This document shows positions 31,582 through 41,196 of a DNA stretch of 64,000 bases, in pieces. This DNA is from Candidatus Saccharimonadia bacterium (GTDB lineage: Bacteria > Patescibacteriota > Saccharimonadia > UBA4664). Made by a program: the position numbers and the translations under genes. The DNA lies in assembly GCA_041743505.1 (NCBI GenBank), contig JBGTMQ010000008.1:69183-133182 (forward strand). The letters are read 5' to 3'. The first letter of the stretch is position 1, and every line of letters begins with the position of its first letter. The notes beneath the pieces were generated by a model. The model had not been told where the DNA came from. It worked only from the letters and a program-made list of their open reading frames with translations, and ran no database searches.

Positions 31582-32891
31582 ACTTAACGACGCTTAAGCA
31601 GGTCTACCGTTCTCCTGATCTGCGGCGTCGTGTGCTCATGGTACTGGGCCTATTAATCATCTTTCGTCTCCTGGCCCACGTTCCTGTACCCGTACCCGAC
31701 AACGCGGCTCTGGCTAACTTCCTCAAAACTATCTTTAGTTCCAACCAGATTCTTGGGTTTGCTGACCTGTTCTCCGGTGGCGCCCTGACAAACTTCTCCA
31801 TCGTCATGATGGGTGTTGGGCCGTATATTAACGCCTCAATTATTATTCAGCTGCTCACTCAAGTTGTGCCAAAGCTGGAAGCTTTATCCAAAGAAGGCGA
31901 GATGGGGCGGCGAAAGATCAACCAATATACCAGGCTCTTTACCTTGCCGCTGGCCTTAGTTGAGTCATTTGGTATGGTATTGCTTATCCAGCAAACATCC
32001 ACCAGGGTCACCGGCCAGGACCTGATCGGCCATCCCAACTTTTTCCAATGGCTATTGCTTATCTCAACCATTACAGCCGGAACGATGCTATTGATGTGGA
32101 TCGGTGAGATCATCACCGAGAAGGGAATTGGCAATGGTATTTCCCTCCTGATCTTCTGTGGCATCATTGCCCAGCTTCCGTCGACAGTCGGTCAATTTGG
32201 CTCACTAGCCAGTGGTGACTCCGCCAAACTTGTAACTCTAGCTTTCTTCCTGGTAGCAACCCTTCTCATTATTGCGTTTATCGTGATACTCAATGAAGGA
32301 ACCAGAAATATTCCAGTCTCGTATGCTAAACGCACCCGCGGCAATCGAATCTATGCAGGCGTCGATACCCATTTGCCTGTGCGCGTCATTACGGCCGGCG
32401 TCATCCCCATCATCTTCTCTTTGGCCTTCTTAAGTGTGCCCGGTATTTTGGGACAATTACTATCGACCGCCAAAACCCAGTGGGTAGCCTCGGCCGCCAA
32501 GGAACTAACCACACTATTCGCACCGAGCGGCTTCGTCTACGCGCTCTCGTACTTCCTCTTAGTTGTAGGCTTTACGTACTTCTACACCTCAATCGTATTC
32601 AAGCCTACAGAGATTGCCGAGAATCTGCAGAAACAGGGCGGTTTCGTGCCAGGCATCCGGCCGGGTAACCAGACAGCGGCGTACCTGAAAAAAGTCGTCA
32701 ACCGCATCACTCTGGCCGGTGCATTAGGTCTTGGTATTGTCGCGGTCCTGCCGTTCATTGCTGAGAGCTTCACCAAAAGCCAGATCCTCACCTTTGGTGG
32801 TACCGGGCTCCTTATTGTTGTCAGCGTGGCGCTAGAGACATTGAAACAGCTTGAGGCCCAAGCAATTACGACTTCATATGAACAGTATTAA
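31578..32891 (+). CDS. secY: preprotein translocase subunit SecY
   Basis: 437 aa, 10-TM profile, correct operon position. Confidence 0.9.
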   Translation: MNLTTLKQVYRSPDLRRRVLMVLGLLIIFRLLAHVPVPVPDNAALANFLKTIFSSNQILGFADLFSGGALTNFSIVMMGVGPYINASIIIQLLTQVVPKLEALSKEGEMGRRKINQYTRLFTLPLALVESFGMVLLIQQTSTRVTGQDLIGHPNFFQWLLLISTITAGTMLLMWIGEIITEKGIGNGISLLIFCGIIAQLPSTVGQFGSLASGDSAKLVTLAFFLVATLLIIAFIVILNEGTRNIPVSYAKRTRGNRIYAGVDTHLPVRVITAGVIPIIFSLAFLSVPGILGQLLSTAKTQWVASAAKELTTLFAPSGFVYALSYFLLVVGFTYFYTSIVFKPTEIAENLQKQGGFVPGIRPGNQTAAYLKKVVNRITLAGALGLGIVAVLPFIAESFTKSQILTFGGTGLLIVVSVALETLKQLEAQAITTSYEQY

Positions 32892-32972
32892 CGGAAATAT
32901 GGCAAAACTCATCGAAAAAGCCTTTACAACCCAGCCAGAAGTCACTATAATCGACAACTGTAGTCATTAGAC

Positions 32973-33209
32973 ATGTCAGACGCAAAGAAAACCACAAAGG
33001 AAGTAATTGAAGTAGAGGGCACCGTCGAAGAGACTCTGCCCAATGCTTTGTTTCGAGTCAAGCTCGAGAATGGTCATGAAATACTGGCACACATCTCGGG
33101 CAAGATGCGTATGCACTACATCCGCATCATTCCTGGTGACCGCGTCACGCTAGAAATGACACCGTACGACCTGTCCAAAGGCCGTATCACTTACCGACAT
33201 AAGAACTAA
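32973..33209 (+). CDS. infA: translation initiation factor IF-1
   Basis: [45 protein letters not shown]. Confidence 0.9.
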   Translation: MSDAKKTTKEVIEVEGTVEETLPNALFRVKLENGHEILAHISGKMRMHYIRIIPGDRVTLEMTPYDLSKGRITYRHKN

Positions 33210-33228
33210 CGACGAAGGATACTCAACC

Positions 33229-33345
33229 GTGAAGGTACGCGCTAGCGTCAAGAAAATCTGTGATTCCTGCAAGGTTGTACGCCGTGAAGGTGTCGTGCGG
33301 GTAATCTGCCCGGTCAAGCCTCGTCATAAGCAGAGGCAGGGTTAA
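33229..33345 (+). CDS. rpmJ: 50S ribosomal protein L36 (GTG start; not in ORF track because <60 aa)
   Basis: [38 protein letters not shown] (C-x2-C...C-x motif). TAATG overlap with rpsM. Confidence 0.8.
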   Translation: MKVRASVKKICDSCKVVRREGVVRVICPVKPRHKQRQG

Positions 33346-33731
33346 TGGCACGTATCGCCGGAGTAAATATTCCTGAGGCCAAGCGCGTTGAGGTAGCCCT
33401 AACGTATGTCTATGGTATTGGCATCACCACCAGCCGCCAGATTCTGGCAGCAACCAAGATCAGCCCCGACACGCGGGTCAAGGACCTAACAGAAGCGGAA
33501 ACCTCAAAACTCCGCGAGTACATCGACAAAAACTGCCAGGTGGAAGGTGACCTCCAACGCCAGGTGAGTTTGAATATCAAACGGCTCAAGGAAATCAATG
33601 CCTACCGGGGTTTGCGCCACAAGGCCAACCTTCCGGTGCACGGCCAGCGCACCAAGACCAATGCCCGCACCAAGCGCGGCAAGAAGGTCACGATGGGTTC
33701 CGGCCGCAAGAAGTCAGCAGCTAAGACGTAA
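33345..33731 (+). CDS. rpsM: 30S ribosomal protein S13
   Basis: [26 protein letters not shown]. Confidence 0.95.
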   Translation: MARIAGVNIPEAKRVEVALTYVYGIGITTSRQILAATKISPDTRVKDLTEAETSKLREYIDKNCQVEGDLQRQVSLNIKRLKEINAYRGLRHKANLPVHGQRTKTNARTKRGKKVTMGSGRKKSAAKT

Positions 33732-33739
33732 GGTAACCA

Positions 33740-34141
33740 ATGGCAAAGACACCCACTAAATCCACAACCACCCGCCGCCGCAAGATCCGCCGCACCGTTG
33801 CCGCCGGTCAGATGCATGTACAGGCCACGTTCAATAACACCATCATCTCGTTTACCGACGAGCGCGGCAACTTACTGTCATGGTCGAGCGCTGGCTCATC
33901 TGGCTTCAAGGGCTCTCGCAAGAGTACTCCCTACGCTGCTCAGTCTGCCGCCGAGAAGGCCGCTACGCTGGCCAAAGACCACGGCCTCAGCCGCGTTGAT
34001 GTATTCGTCCGTGGCGTTGGCAGTGGCCGTGAGTCGGCCATCCGCGCCCTCATCACTGCCGGCATCGCCGTTTCTAGCATTAAAGATGTAACCGGCATTC
34101 CGCACAACGGCTGCCGGCCACGTAAGGCCCGGAGAGTTTAA
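33740..34141 (+). CDS. rpsK: 30S ribosomal protein S11
   Basis: [43 protein letters not shown]. Confidence 0.95.
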   Translation: MAKTPTKSTTTRRRKIRRTVAAGQMHVQATFNNTIISFTDERGNLLSWSSAGSSGFKGSRKSTPYAAQSAAEKAATLAKDHGLSRVDVFVRGVGSGRESAIRALITAGIAVSSIKDVTGIPHNGCRPRKARRV

Positions 34142-34143
34142 TC

Positions 34144-34761
34144 ATGGCACGAAACCTTACCCCCATCCTCAAAGTCTCCCGTCGCGAAAAAACCGCACTG
34201 CACCCTAAGGCCATCAAGGGCATGACCAAGCGCCCATACGGTCCCGGCCAGCATGGTCCATCCAGCGGACGGCAGAAGCTGACCCAGTATGCCGTACAGC
34301 TGCGGGAAAAGCAAAAAGTTAAGCGCATGTATGGTCTGCTCGAGAAACAGTTCGCCAAAATTGTCCGTGAATCAAGCCGCCGTCAGGGCGTCACCGGCGA
34401 TATTATGGTTCAGTTATTGGAACAGCGTCTCGACAACGCCGTTTATCGTCTGGGTCTGGCCCCTTCCCGTCAAGCAGCCCGTCAAGTCGTCACCCACGGT
34501 CACATTCTGCTGAATGGCCGCCGGGTAGATATTCCTTCGATCCTTCTCAAAGCCGGTGATGAGTTCCAGGTCCGCCCGAAGAGCGCCTCTAACGCGTACT
34601 TCAAGGCCCTAACTGGTCAACTGGCTGGCAACGCATCATCAGTCCGCTGGCTAAGCTTTGATAACAAAAAATTATCAGGCAAAGTTACTGGACTACCGGC
34701 GCGGGAGGATGTCGCGGAAGAAATTCATGAGCAGTTAATTATCGAATTCTACTCAAGGTAA
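34144..34761 (+). CDS. rpsD: 30S ribosomal protein S4
   Basis: MARNLTPILKVSRREKTAL, S4 domain VYRLGLAPSRQAARQVVTHGHILLNGRRV. Confidence 0.95.
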   Translation: MARNLTPILKVSRREKTALHPKAIKGMTKRPYGPGQHGPSSGRQKLTQYAVQLREKQKVKRMYGLLEKQFAKIVRESSRRQGVTGDIMVQLLEQRLDNAVYRLGLAPSRQAARQVVTHGHILLNGRRVDIPSILLKAGDEFQVRPKSASNAYFKALTGQLAGNASSVRWLSFDNKKLSGKVTGLPAREDVAEEIHEQLIIEFYSR

Positions 34762-34777
34762 GGAAAGGACGACCAAA

Positions 34778-35713
34778 GTGTTACATCCCATTCAGCTCCC
34801 AGAGCTTAAACCGGTCCGCGAGGAACAAAATAAGGCTACATTTGCCATTGAGCCTCTGTATTCCGGTTACGGCATGACCCTCGGCAACTCATTGCGCCGG
34901 GTCATTCTATCGAGCCTTGGCGGTGCCGCCGTAACGGCCGTTAAGATCGACAGTGTCGCCCATGAGTTCTCGACTATTGAGGGGGTCAAAGAGGACGTTG
35001 TTGAAATCATCCTTAATCTCAAAAAACTACGGTTTCGCGTCTATTCTGACGAGCCGCAATTCCTGGTTTTGACTGCCTCCGGCAAGGGTGAGGTGACGGC
35101 AGCAAGCATCAAGACCACCTCAGACGTGGAAATCGTAAACCCAGATCAGCTCATTGCTACCCTGGACAATGCCAAGGTCAAGCTCGGCATGGAAATCAAG
35201 GTCGAGAAAGGCCGCGGCTACGTACCAGTCGAGAACCGCGAAAGCGAAAAGCTCGAGGTAGGTATGATTGCTGTCGACGCCCTCTACTCGCCAGTCCAGC
35301 GCGTCCGCTACAATGTCGAGAATACCCGCGTCGGCCAGATGACCGATCTGGACCGCCTCGTGCTTGAGGTTGAGACTGACGGCACCATAACGCCGGCCGA
35401 AGCCATCCGCCAGGCCGCCGAGATACTTGTTGATCACTTCCAGGTAGTAGCCGGCAACCCGGTTGGCGCCTCTGTCGGTGCCCAAGCCGACGAGCGGACC
35501 GAGGCCGGTGTAGCTAAGATCAATGTTGAAGAAGTCAACTTGACCCCACGCACCACCAATGCGCTCATCAATAACGATATTAAGACCGTCAAGGACTTAC
35601 TGCGCCTAAGCGACCAGGAGCTACGCGAGCTCAAGGGCTTTGGCTCCAAGGCCTATGACGAGGTTAAAGAAAAGATCGCAGAGCTCGGCTTTGCGACGGA
35701 GAAGGTAGACTAA
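34778..35713 (+). CDS. rpoA: DNA-directed RNA polymerase subunit alpha (GTG start)
   Basis: GYGMTLGNSLRRVILSSL..., with a C-terminal HhH alphaCTD. Confidence 0.95.
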   Translation: MLHPIQLPELKPVREEQNKATFAIEPLYSGYGMTLGNSLRRVILSSLGGAAVTAVKIDSVAHEFSTIEGVKEDVVEIILNLKKLRFRVYSDEPQFLVLTASGKGEVTAASIKTTSDVEIVNPDQLIATLDNAKVKLGMEIKVEKGRGYVPVENRESEKLEVGMIAVDALYSPVQRVRYNVENTRVGQMTDLDRLVLEVETDGTITPAEAIRQAAEILVDHFQVVAGNPVGASVGAQADERTEAGVAKINVEEVNLTPRTTNALINNDIKTVKDLLRLSDQELRELKGFGSKAYDEVKEKIAELGFATEKVD

Positions 35714-35715
35714 TT

Positions 35716-36174
35716 ATGCATCGCCACGGATATAAAGGGCGCAAGCTTCAGCTCGATGCCGCTCCGCGCCGCGCACTCATCCGCGGCCAGCTGACTTCGC
35801 TCGTTTTACACGAGGCCATTACGACTACTGAGGCCAAAGCCAAGGAAGTCGCGCCTCAATTCGAACGACTAGTAACTCACGCCAAAAAAGGCACTCTGGC
35901 CGGCAGCCGCCAGCTACGCCGCGAGCTCCTCACCGAGAATGCGGTCCAGAAGATGCTCCAGGAGCTGACGCCCGCCTTTGAAAGCCGCCAGGGTGGTTAC
36001 ACCCGAATCATCAAACTCGCCAACCGGCGCGGTGATAACGCACCCATGGTGCAACTATCGCTCGTATTGGAGGCGGGGGACACCGAAGCCGAAGATAAAG
36101 CCAAAGCTGATGCCAAGCCGGCGACCAAAAAGTCGGCCTCCAAGAAGGCTGACAAAGTAGAGGCAGGGGCATAA
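35716..36174 (+). CDS. rplQ: 50S ribosomal protein L17 (with K/A/D-rich C-terminal tail)
   Basis: MHRHGYKGRKLQLDAAPRRALIRGQLTSLVLHEAITTTEAKAKE. Confidence 0.9.
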   Translation: MHRHGYKGRKLQLDAAPRRALIRGQLTSLVLHEAITTTEAKAKEVAPQFERLVTHAKKGTLAGSRQLRRELLTENAVQKMLQELTPAFESRQGGYTRIIKLANRRGDNAPMVQLSLVLEAGDTEAEDKAKADAKPATKKSASKKADKVEAGA

Positions 36175-36605
36175 TGAAGACCTATTCACCCAAACCAACC
36201 GAATTAACTCATGACTGGTACATCATCGATGCCCAGGGTAAGACACTCGGCCGCCTAGCTACTCAGATTGCGACCTACTTGCTGGGTAAGCACAAGCCAC
36301 AGTTTAGCGCACACCTGGATTGCGGCGATAATGTCGTCGTTATCAACGCTGCCCGGATTGTAGTGACCGGCAACAAGCTAGAGGATAAAAAATATTATCG
36401 CCACTCCGGCTACCCTGGCGGTATCAAAGAAACCAATCTTGCTACACTGCTAGAGAATAATCCAGCCAAGGTGATTGAGAAAGCTGTAGCCGGCATGCTA
36501 CCCAAGAACCGCCTGCATGATGACCGCATGTATCGTCTGAAGGTTTACCCCAGCAACGAGCATCCGCATGCCCCACAGGCACCTAAGACCCTAGGAGATA
36601 ACTAA
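36174..36605 (+). CDS. rplM: 50S ribosomal protein L13
   Basis: WYIIDAQGKTLGRLATQIATYLLGKHKP. Confidence 0.95.
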   Translation: MKTYSPKPTELTHDWYIIDAQGKTLGRLATQIATYLLGKHKPQFSAHLDCGDNVVVINAARIVVTGNKLEDKKYYRHSGYPGGIKETNLATLLENNPAKVIEKAVAGMLPKNRLHDDRMYRLKVYPSNEHPHAPQAPKTLGDN

Positions 36606-37003
36606 TGGCCGAAGCTACCCATTATCACTATGCCCGCGGCCGCCGCAAAGAAGCCATTGCTACCGTCCGGCTCTACCCAGGCCGTGGCGAGGTACTCATT
36701 AACGAGAAGCCAGCCGCCGACTACTTCAACAATGACCTGCTCATGGCCGTTATTGAGCGCCCCATCAAGCTAGCTGGTCAGGAGCAAAAGCTTCGCGTCA
36801 GCCTGCACGTCAAAGGTGGTGGCAAAGCCGGTCAGGCCGATGCAGCCAGTCTCGCCATCGCCCGCGCCCTCAATGTCATGAGCGAAGACCTGCGACCTAC
36901 CCTCAAAAAGGCCGGTATGCTCACCCGCGACCCCCGCGAAAAAGAGCGTAAGAAGCCTGGACTCAAGAAAGCCCGCAAAGCCCCACAGTTCTCTAAGCGC
37001 TAA
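36605..37003 (+). CDS. rpsI: 30S ribosomal protein S9
   Basis: YHYARGRRKEAIATVRLYPGRGEVLIN...KKAPQFSKR. Confidence 0.95.
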   Translation: MAEATHYHYARGRRKEAIATVRLYPGRGEVLINEKPAADYFNNDLLMAVIERPIKLAGQEQKLRVSLHVKGGGKAGQADAASLAIARALNVMSEDLRPTLKKAGMLTRDPREKERKKPGLKKARKAPQFSKR

Positions 37004-37022
37004 ACCAAGTTGCTCCATTTCC

Positions 37023-37050
37023 AAAACCGGCTCGTCAGGGCCGGCTTTGG
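37023..37050 (+). terminator. weak putative terminator after rpsI
   Basis: CCGGC-tcgtcagg-GCCGG followed by CTTTGG. Confidence 0.3.
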
Positions 37051-37068
37051 TAGTGCTAGAATTAATTC

Positions 37069-37500
37069 ATGAACCGTGAAGAACTATTTCAGTTCTTACG
37101 TCACCTCGCCCTTCCCGAAGGGCAATGGGTGGTTTTTGGCGGCAGCTGTCTGGCAGCGCACGGCATTCGACCGGCCAATGACGTCGACATTTTTGTCCAT
37201 CCGCTCCTTTACGATCAGCTCAAACACCAGCGCTGGACCGAACACACAGCTAGTTCCACCGGATCAAACTTCTTAAAAACCACTGCCAGTAATATCGAGA
37301 TCCAAGCCTTTATTACCTGCGGAAGTGATCAATGGGTCCCACAAGTCGAGGCCTATTTACGTGATCCGGAGTTCATCAATGGCCTACCGTTCATGCCACT
37401 CTCTCAGATGTACGCCTGGAAAGACACCACCCGCCGGCCCAAGGATATAATCGATATCGAGCTGATCAAAAACTATTGGGCCGAACAAGCTGCAAAGTAG
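37069..37500 (+). CDS. hypothetical protein, possible minimal nucleotidyltransferase (MNT) fold
   Basis: GGSCLAAHGIRPANDVDIF resembles the GS...DxD nucleotidyltransferase motif. The match is weak. Confidence 0.45.
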   Translation: MNREELFQFLRHLALPEGQWVVFGGSCLAAHGIRPANDVDIFVHPLLYDQLKHQRWTEHTASSTGSNFLKTTASNIEIQAFITCGSDQWVPQVEAYLRDPEFINGLPFMPLSQMYAWKDTTRRPKDIIDIELIKNYWAEQAAK

Positions 37501-37533
37501 CGCATACTAGCATAAGCACGATATAATGCCAGT

Positions 37534-38529
37534 ATGGACAAACATGACTCCAAGACAATCTGGTGGCTGTCATCGGCAGCCCTAGTTTTGTTAATTAGCA
37601 GCACACTCGGCTTTATGGGTTTAGCCGACTTACCGGCCACCGAGGCCCTGTATGTAACGCTAATAATTCTTTTGACCCACTATGACCATCATGGCTTCCA
37701 GGATGCTGGTTCGCGAGCTCTGGTGCTCTTCCTCATCCTCAGCTCCTATGCCGTCATCGCTTATTTGCTTAAGATGTTTGCAGAAAGTATTATGGGATTA
37801 TCAGGAAATGTACGGAAACTACGCGTGAAAACACGAGTCGACAAACTAAAAGATCATTACATTATTTGCGGTCTAGGCCGGGTCGGATCGCAAGTGGCTC
37901 GTGAAATGTACCAAGAAGATGTACCTTTTGTGGCGCTCGACCGCGATCAGGAGCGGGTAGACGAGGCCATAGCCCAGGGCTATTTGGCAATGTGCCTGGA
38001 TTCAAGCAAAGAAGACGCCATGGAACAAGCGGGCATTGAGCGGGCCACCGGTTTAGTCGCCTGTCTAAACGAAGACTCTCTTAACCTTTTCGTCACCCTG
38101 GCCGCCCGGTCAATGAACCCGCATCTCTATATCGTCGCCCGGGCCAATCGGCCGGACAGCGAAGTTAAGCTCCGCCGGGCCGGCGCCGACCGCGTAGCCA
38201 TGCCATACCGTATCGGCGGCTACCACATGGCCTCCATGGCCCTGCGCCCCAATGTCGTCGACTACATGGACATCGTATCCGGCAAAAACGGCACCAGCGA
38301 CCTAGAGGTCGAGGAAATGATCGTCGGCGAGCACTCACCACTAGCCGGCCGCCGCCTCGGCAAGACTCTGGCCGAAGGCGAAGTCGGAGCTACGGTCATT
38401 GCCATCAACGGCGCAGATGGTACCAGCCGCGTCCGCCCAACCGGCAAAGAAACGATTTATCCCGGCGACCGGTTAATTATCCTCGGGGCCAAGCGCGAAC
38501 TAACCAACGCCTCGGCGCTTATCCGTTGA
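37534..38529 (+). CDS. RCK/TrkA-N domain putative ion channel (two N-terminal TM helices + NAD-binding-like RCK + TrkA-C)
   Basis: YIICGLGRVGSQVAREM Rossmann motif, with hydrophobic helices at the N-terminus. No canonical TVGYG selectivity filter was seen. Confidence 0.7.
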   Translation: MDKHDSKTIWWLSSAALVLLISSTLGFMGLADLPATEALYVTLIILLTHYDHHGFQDAGSRALVLFLILSSYAVIAYLLKMFAESIMGLSGNVRKLRVKTRVDKLKDHYIICGLGRVGSQVAREMYQEDVPFVALDRDQERVDEAIAQGYLAMCLDSSKEDAMEQAGIERATGLVACLNEDSLNLFVTLAARSMNPHLYIVARANRPDSEVKLRRAGADRVAMPYRIGGYHMASMALRPNVVDYMDIVSGKNGTSDLEVEEMIVGEHSPLAGRRLGKTLAEGEVGATVIAINGADGTSRVRPTGKETIYPGDRLIILGAKRELTNASALIR

Positions 38530-39419
38530 ACCGCGAATTGGTCGTACCAATCGGAGTCGCTGCCAAGCGGCTCGATGTGTTTTTAGCCGAAACCCTTAAG
38601 CTATCCCGCAGCCAGGTCCAACGGTGGTTTAAGCATGACCAGGTAACAGTGAACGGATCACCAGTCCGGGCCAATTACGTGCCCCAAGCAGGGGACCTGC
38701 TTACGATTCGAGTGCCGGAAAAACCAGCCGCATCATGGCCCGCACCCAAACTGCCAATAGTTTACGAAGACGATGACTTGATAGTCATAGACAAGCCACC
38801 CGGCATCGCGGTCCACGCCGGCAACGGCCGCTCCGACGAACCGACGGTCGCCGACTTCGCCCGGGTCCACACCACCGATCCCGATCCGGAGCGGCCGGGC
38901 ATTGTGCATCGTCTTGACCGTGACACGTCAGGCTTGCTAGTGATCGCCAAGACGCCGCATGTCAAACAACTCCTGCAAGACCAATGGCGCAGCCGGACGG
39001 TCACCAAGACGTACCGGTTACTAGCTGTCGGGCGAGTCGAGCCAGGCGAAGCCGTCATCGATTTACCGCTTGGCCGCGACCCGGCCCATCCCACCAAACG
39101 GCATGTCAGCTCCACGGGACGGATAGCCGTCACCCGCTACACAACGCTCGCATCATACCCAGGCTACAGCTATATCGAAGCCTATCCTGAAACCGGCCGG
39201 ACCCACCAAATCAGGGTGCACTTCGCCGCTCTCGGCCATGCCGTTGCGGGCGACGTAGTTTACGGCCCCAATCACCGGCCGCTAGGATTAAAGCGCCAAT
39301 TTCTGCACGCCACCCGGCTCGTTTTTACCGCTCCCTCAGGCCGTCAACTCGATTTACAAAGTTCACTGCCATTAGATCTCGAAACCGTTCTCACGGCGCT
39401 CGAAGAACCGTATACTTAG
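38526..39419 (+). CDS. RluA-family pseudouridine synthase (RluD-like, N-terminal S4 domain)
   Basis: Catalytic motif HRLDRDTSGLLVIAKT. Confidence 0.9.
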   Translation: MNRELVVPIGVAAKRLDVFLAETLKLSRSQVQRWFKHDQVTVNGSPVRANYVPQAGDLLTIRVPEKPAASWPAPKLPIVYEDDDLIVIDKPPGIAVHAGNGRSDEPTVADFARVHTTDPDPERPGIVHRLDRDTSGLLVIAKTPHVKQLLQDQWRSRTVTKTYRLLAVGRVEPGEAVIDLPLGRDPAHPTKRHVSSTGRIAVTRYTTLASYPGYSYIEAYPETGRTHQIRVHFAALGHAVAGDVVYGPNHRPLGLKRQFLHATRLVFTAPSGRQLDLQSSLPLDLETVLTALEEPYT

Positions 39420-39422
39420 ATT

Positions 39423-40310
39423 ATGAACTTACTCTCGCACCATGTCACAGAGCGTCAACTGGAAACAGCTCTGGAAGATATGGCGAGCGGCTATATCTTC
39501 CATGGTATTCGTTCGGTTGGCAAAGCCACCGCCGCCCGGGAACTTGCCCGCCGGCTCAATTGCCGCGGCGACGACATCAGACTATGCAATCCTTGTCGCC
39601 AGTTTAACTCAGGCTCGTACCCAGATTTTCTGGAACTCGGCCCCGAAAACCGGCCCAGTATCACCATTGAGCAGATTCGGCAACTCAACCACTCCCTATC
39701 TCTGAGCCCATACTACGCCGGCGGAGCCCGGGTGGTACTGATCGATGAGGCCCACATGCTAACAGTCGAGGCGCAAAACGCCTTGCTTAAGCTCATCGAA
39801 GAACCGCCGCCCCACACACTATTTGTTCTGGCCGCCGAGCATCTGGAAGCTCTGTTGCCAACGGTTTGCTCGCGGCTATCAGCCGTCTACTTTGCGCCAG
39901 TGTCAGACCAGCATGTGGCCGATTGGCTAATGGCCACCCGTAGCGTGGGCTTAGCCGACGCCAACCGGCTAGCCGCGCTAGCAGCTGGAGCTCCGGGCCA
40001 AGCCATCCGCCTGCTCCAGGACGCAGCCGCCAGCGACCAGCTAGCTGAGCTAGACCAAGCTGCCCAAAACGCTCTCACCAGCGGGCTATTTGACCGCCTC
40101 CTCCTGGCCAAGCAGCTAGCCGACAAAAAGGTTGACCTGCCAGCTTGGTCACAGCGCTTACAGCAGACGCTGCTACAAGCCTTGCGCCAAGAGCAGGCGC
40201 CCTCCAGCCAAATAGCCTCACGACTCGAGGCCGTCGAGCGGTTTCGGCGTGGACTTGTAGCAAATGTGGGGCCAAGAGTTGCCCTCGAGCGGTTAATGCT
40301 GGAGTTATAA
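39423..40310 (+). CDS. holB: DNA polymerase III delta-prime subunit
   Basis: FHGIRSVGKATAARELARRLNC...C..C P-loop-like motif with zinc module; VVLIDEAHMLTVEAQNALLKLIEEPP. Confidence 0.8.
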   Translation: MNLLSHHVTERQLETALEDMASGYIFHGIRSVGKATAARELARRLNCRGDDIRLCNPCRQFNSGSYPDFLELGPENRPSITIEQIRQLNHSLSLSPYYAGGARVVLIDEAHMLTVEAQNALLKLIEEPPPHTLFVLAAEHLEALLPTVCSRLSAVYFAPVSDQHVADWLMATRSVGLADANRLAALAAGAPGQAIRLLQDAAASDQLAELDQAAQNALTSGLFDRLLLAKQLADKKVDLPAWSQRLQQTLLQALRQEQAPSSQIASRLEAVERFRRGLVANVGPRVALERLMLEL

Positions 40311-40312
40311 CG

Positions 40313-40927
40313 ATGCTTGAGGTGATCATCTTGGCCGCGGCTGTCGTCGTCTTTCGGCGTCAGCTAGCGGCTTTGAGCAGTGCTACGCCCACCAGGCCGG
40401 CTGCCTTCATCCCGCCCAAACGGGTATCGCAAATCACGCAGCTAGCCGAGTATGCCGACCGGCTCTATACCGAGAAAAGATGGCTAGCCGCCGAAAAAGC
40501 CTACTTAAATGTCCTCAAAGCCGACCACAAGAATGTCACCGCCTATAGCCATTTGGGTGTAATTTACACTACACAAAAAAACCTGGCCGACGCCATTGAA
40601 TGTTTTGAGATTGCAGCCAGACTCCGGCCCGGCGCCGGAACCTACCAAAACCTGGGGCTGGCCTATTACGAAAACCGAAACTTCATAAAATCCATTGCCG
40701 CCTTTGAGAAAGCGATTATGTTTGAACCTAGCACTCAACGCCAAATCGGCCTAGCCAAGGCCTACAAAAAGATCGGCAACATCCCGCAAACGACCAAGGC
40801 CCTGGAACGCGCCGCCGAACTGGATCTCTCCAAAAAAGTGCTCCAACTGCTAGCTGAGGCCTACGAAGACGGCGGCCGGGGAGATGATGCCACGGCAACC
40901 TACGAGCGCCTCCGCCATCTTTCATAA
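40313..40927 (+). CDS. TPR-repeat protein with N-terminal TM helix
   Basis: MLEVIILAAAVVVF, then TPR-like AYLNVLKADHKNVTAYSHLGVIY...AIECFEIAARLRP. The track ORF at 40145 overlaps holB; the internal ATG at 40313 is preferred. Confidence 0.65.
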   Translation: MLEVIILAAAVVVFRRQLAALSSATPTRPAAFIPPKRVSQITQLAEYADRLYTEKRWLAAEKAYLNVLKADHKNVTAYSHLGVIYTTQKNLADAIECFEIAARLRPGAGTYQNLGLAYYENRNFIKSIAAFEKAIMFEPSTQRQIGLAKAYKKIGNIPQTTKALERAAELDLSKKVLQLLAEAYEDGGRGDDATATYERLRHLS

Positions 40928-41019
40928 ATTACGCTCAAGCCATACTTGATCCTAAGACCACAACCTGTTACCATAACCTAGTTGAAAACGCTAAATACCG
41001 ACGAAAAGACGGCCCCTAT

Positions 41020-41094
41020 GCCGACGTAGCTCAACGGTAGAGCAACAGTTTTGTAAACTGTAGGTTGCGGGTTCGATTCCTGTCGTCGGCTCCA
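41020..41094 (+). tRNA. tRNA-Thr (anticodon UGU), CCA encoded
   Basis: Acceptor GCCGACG/CGTCGGC, anticodon stem ACAGT/ACTGT with loop TTTGTAA, T-loop GGTTCGATTCC. Confidence 0.7.
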
Positions 41095-41196
41095 GAAGTT
41101 GTAATTATACTCTCTTCCACCACTAGCTTTCATTCAGTCTTTATCAAGGGTCTTATTAGTATTCTCGAGCTGCCGGACCCTACCCCCGAGCAGCTT

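Noticed and set aside
40145-40312. Upstream extension of the TPR protein ORF overlapping holB
   Set aside because: The extension is out of frame with holB and overlaps it for 166 nt. The internal ATG at 40313, right after the holB stop and leading into a hydrophobic N-terminus, is the more plausible start.
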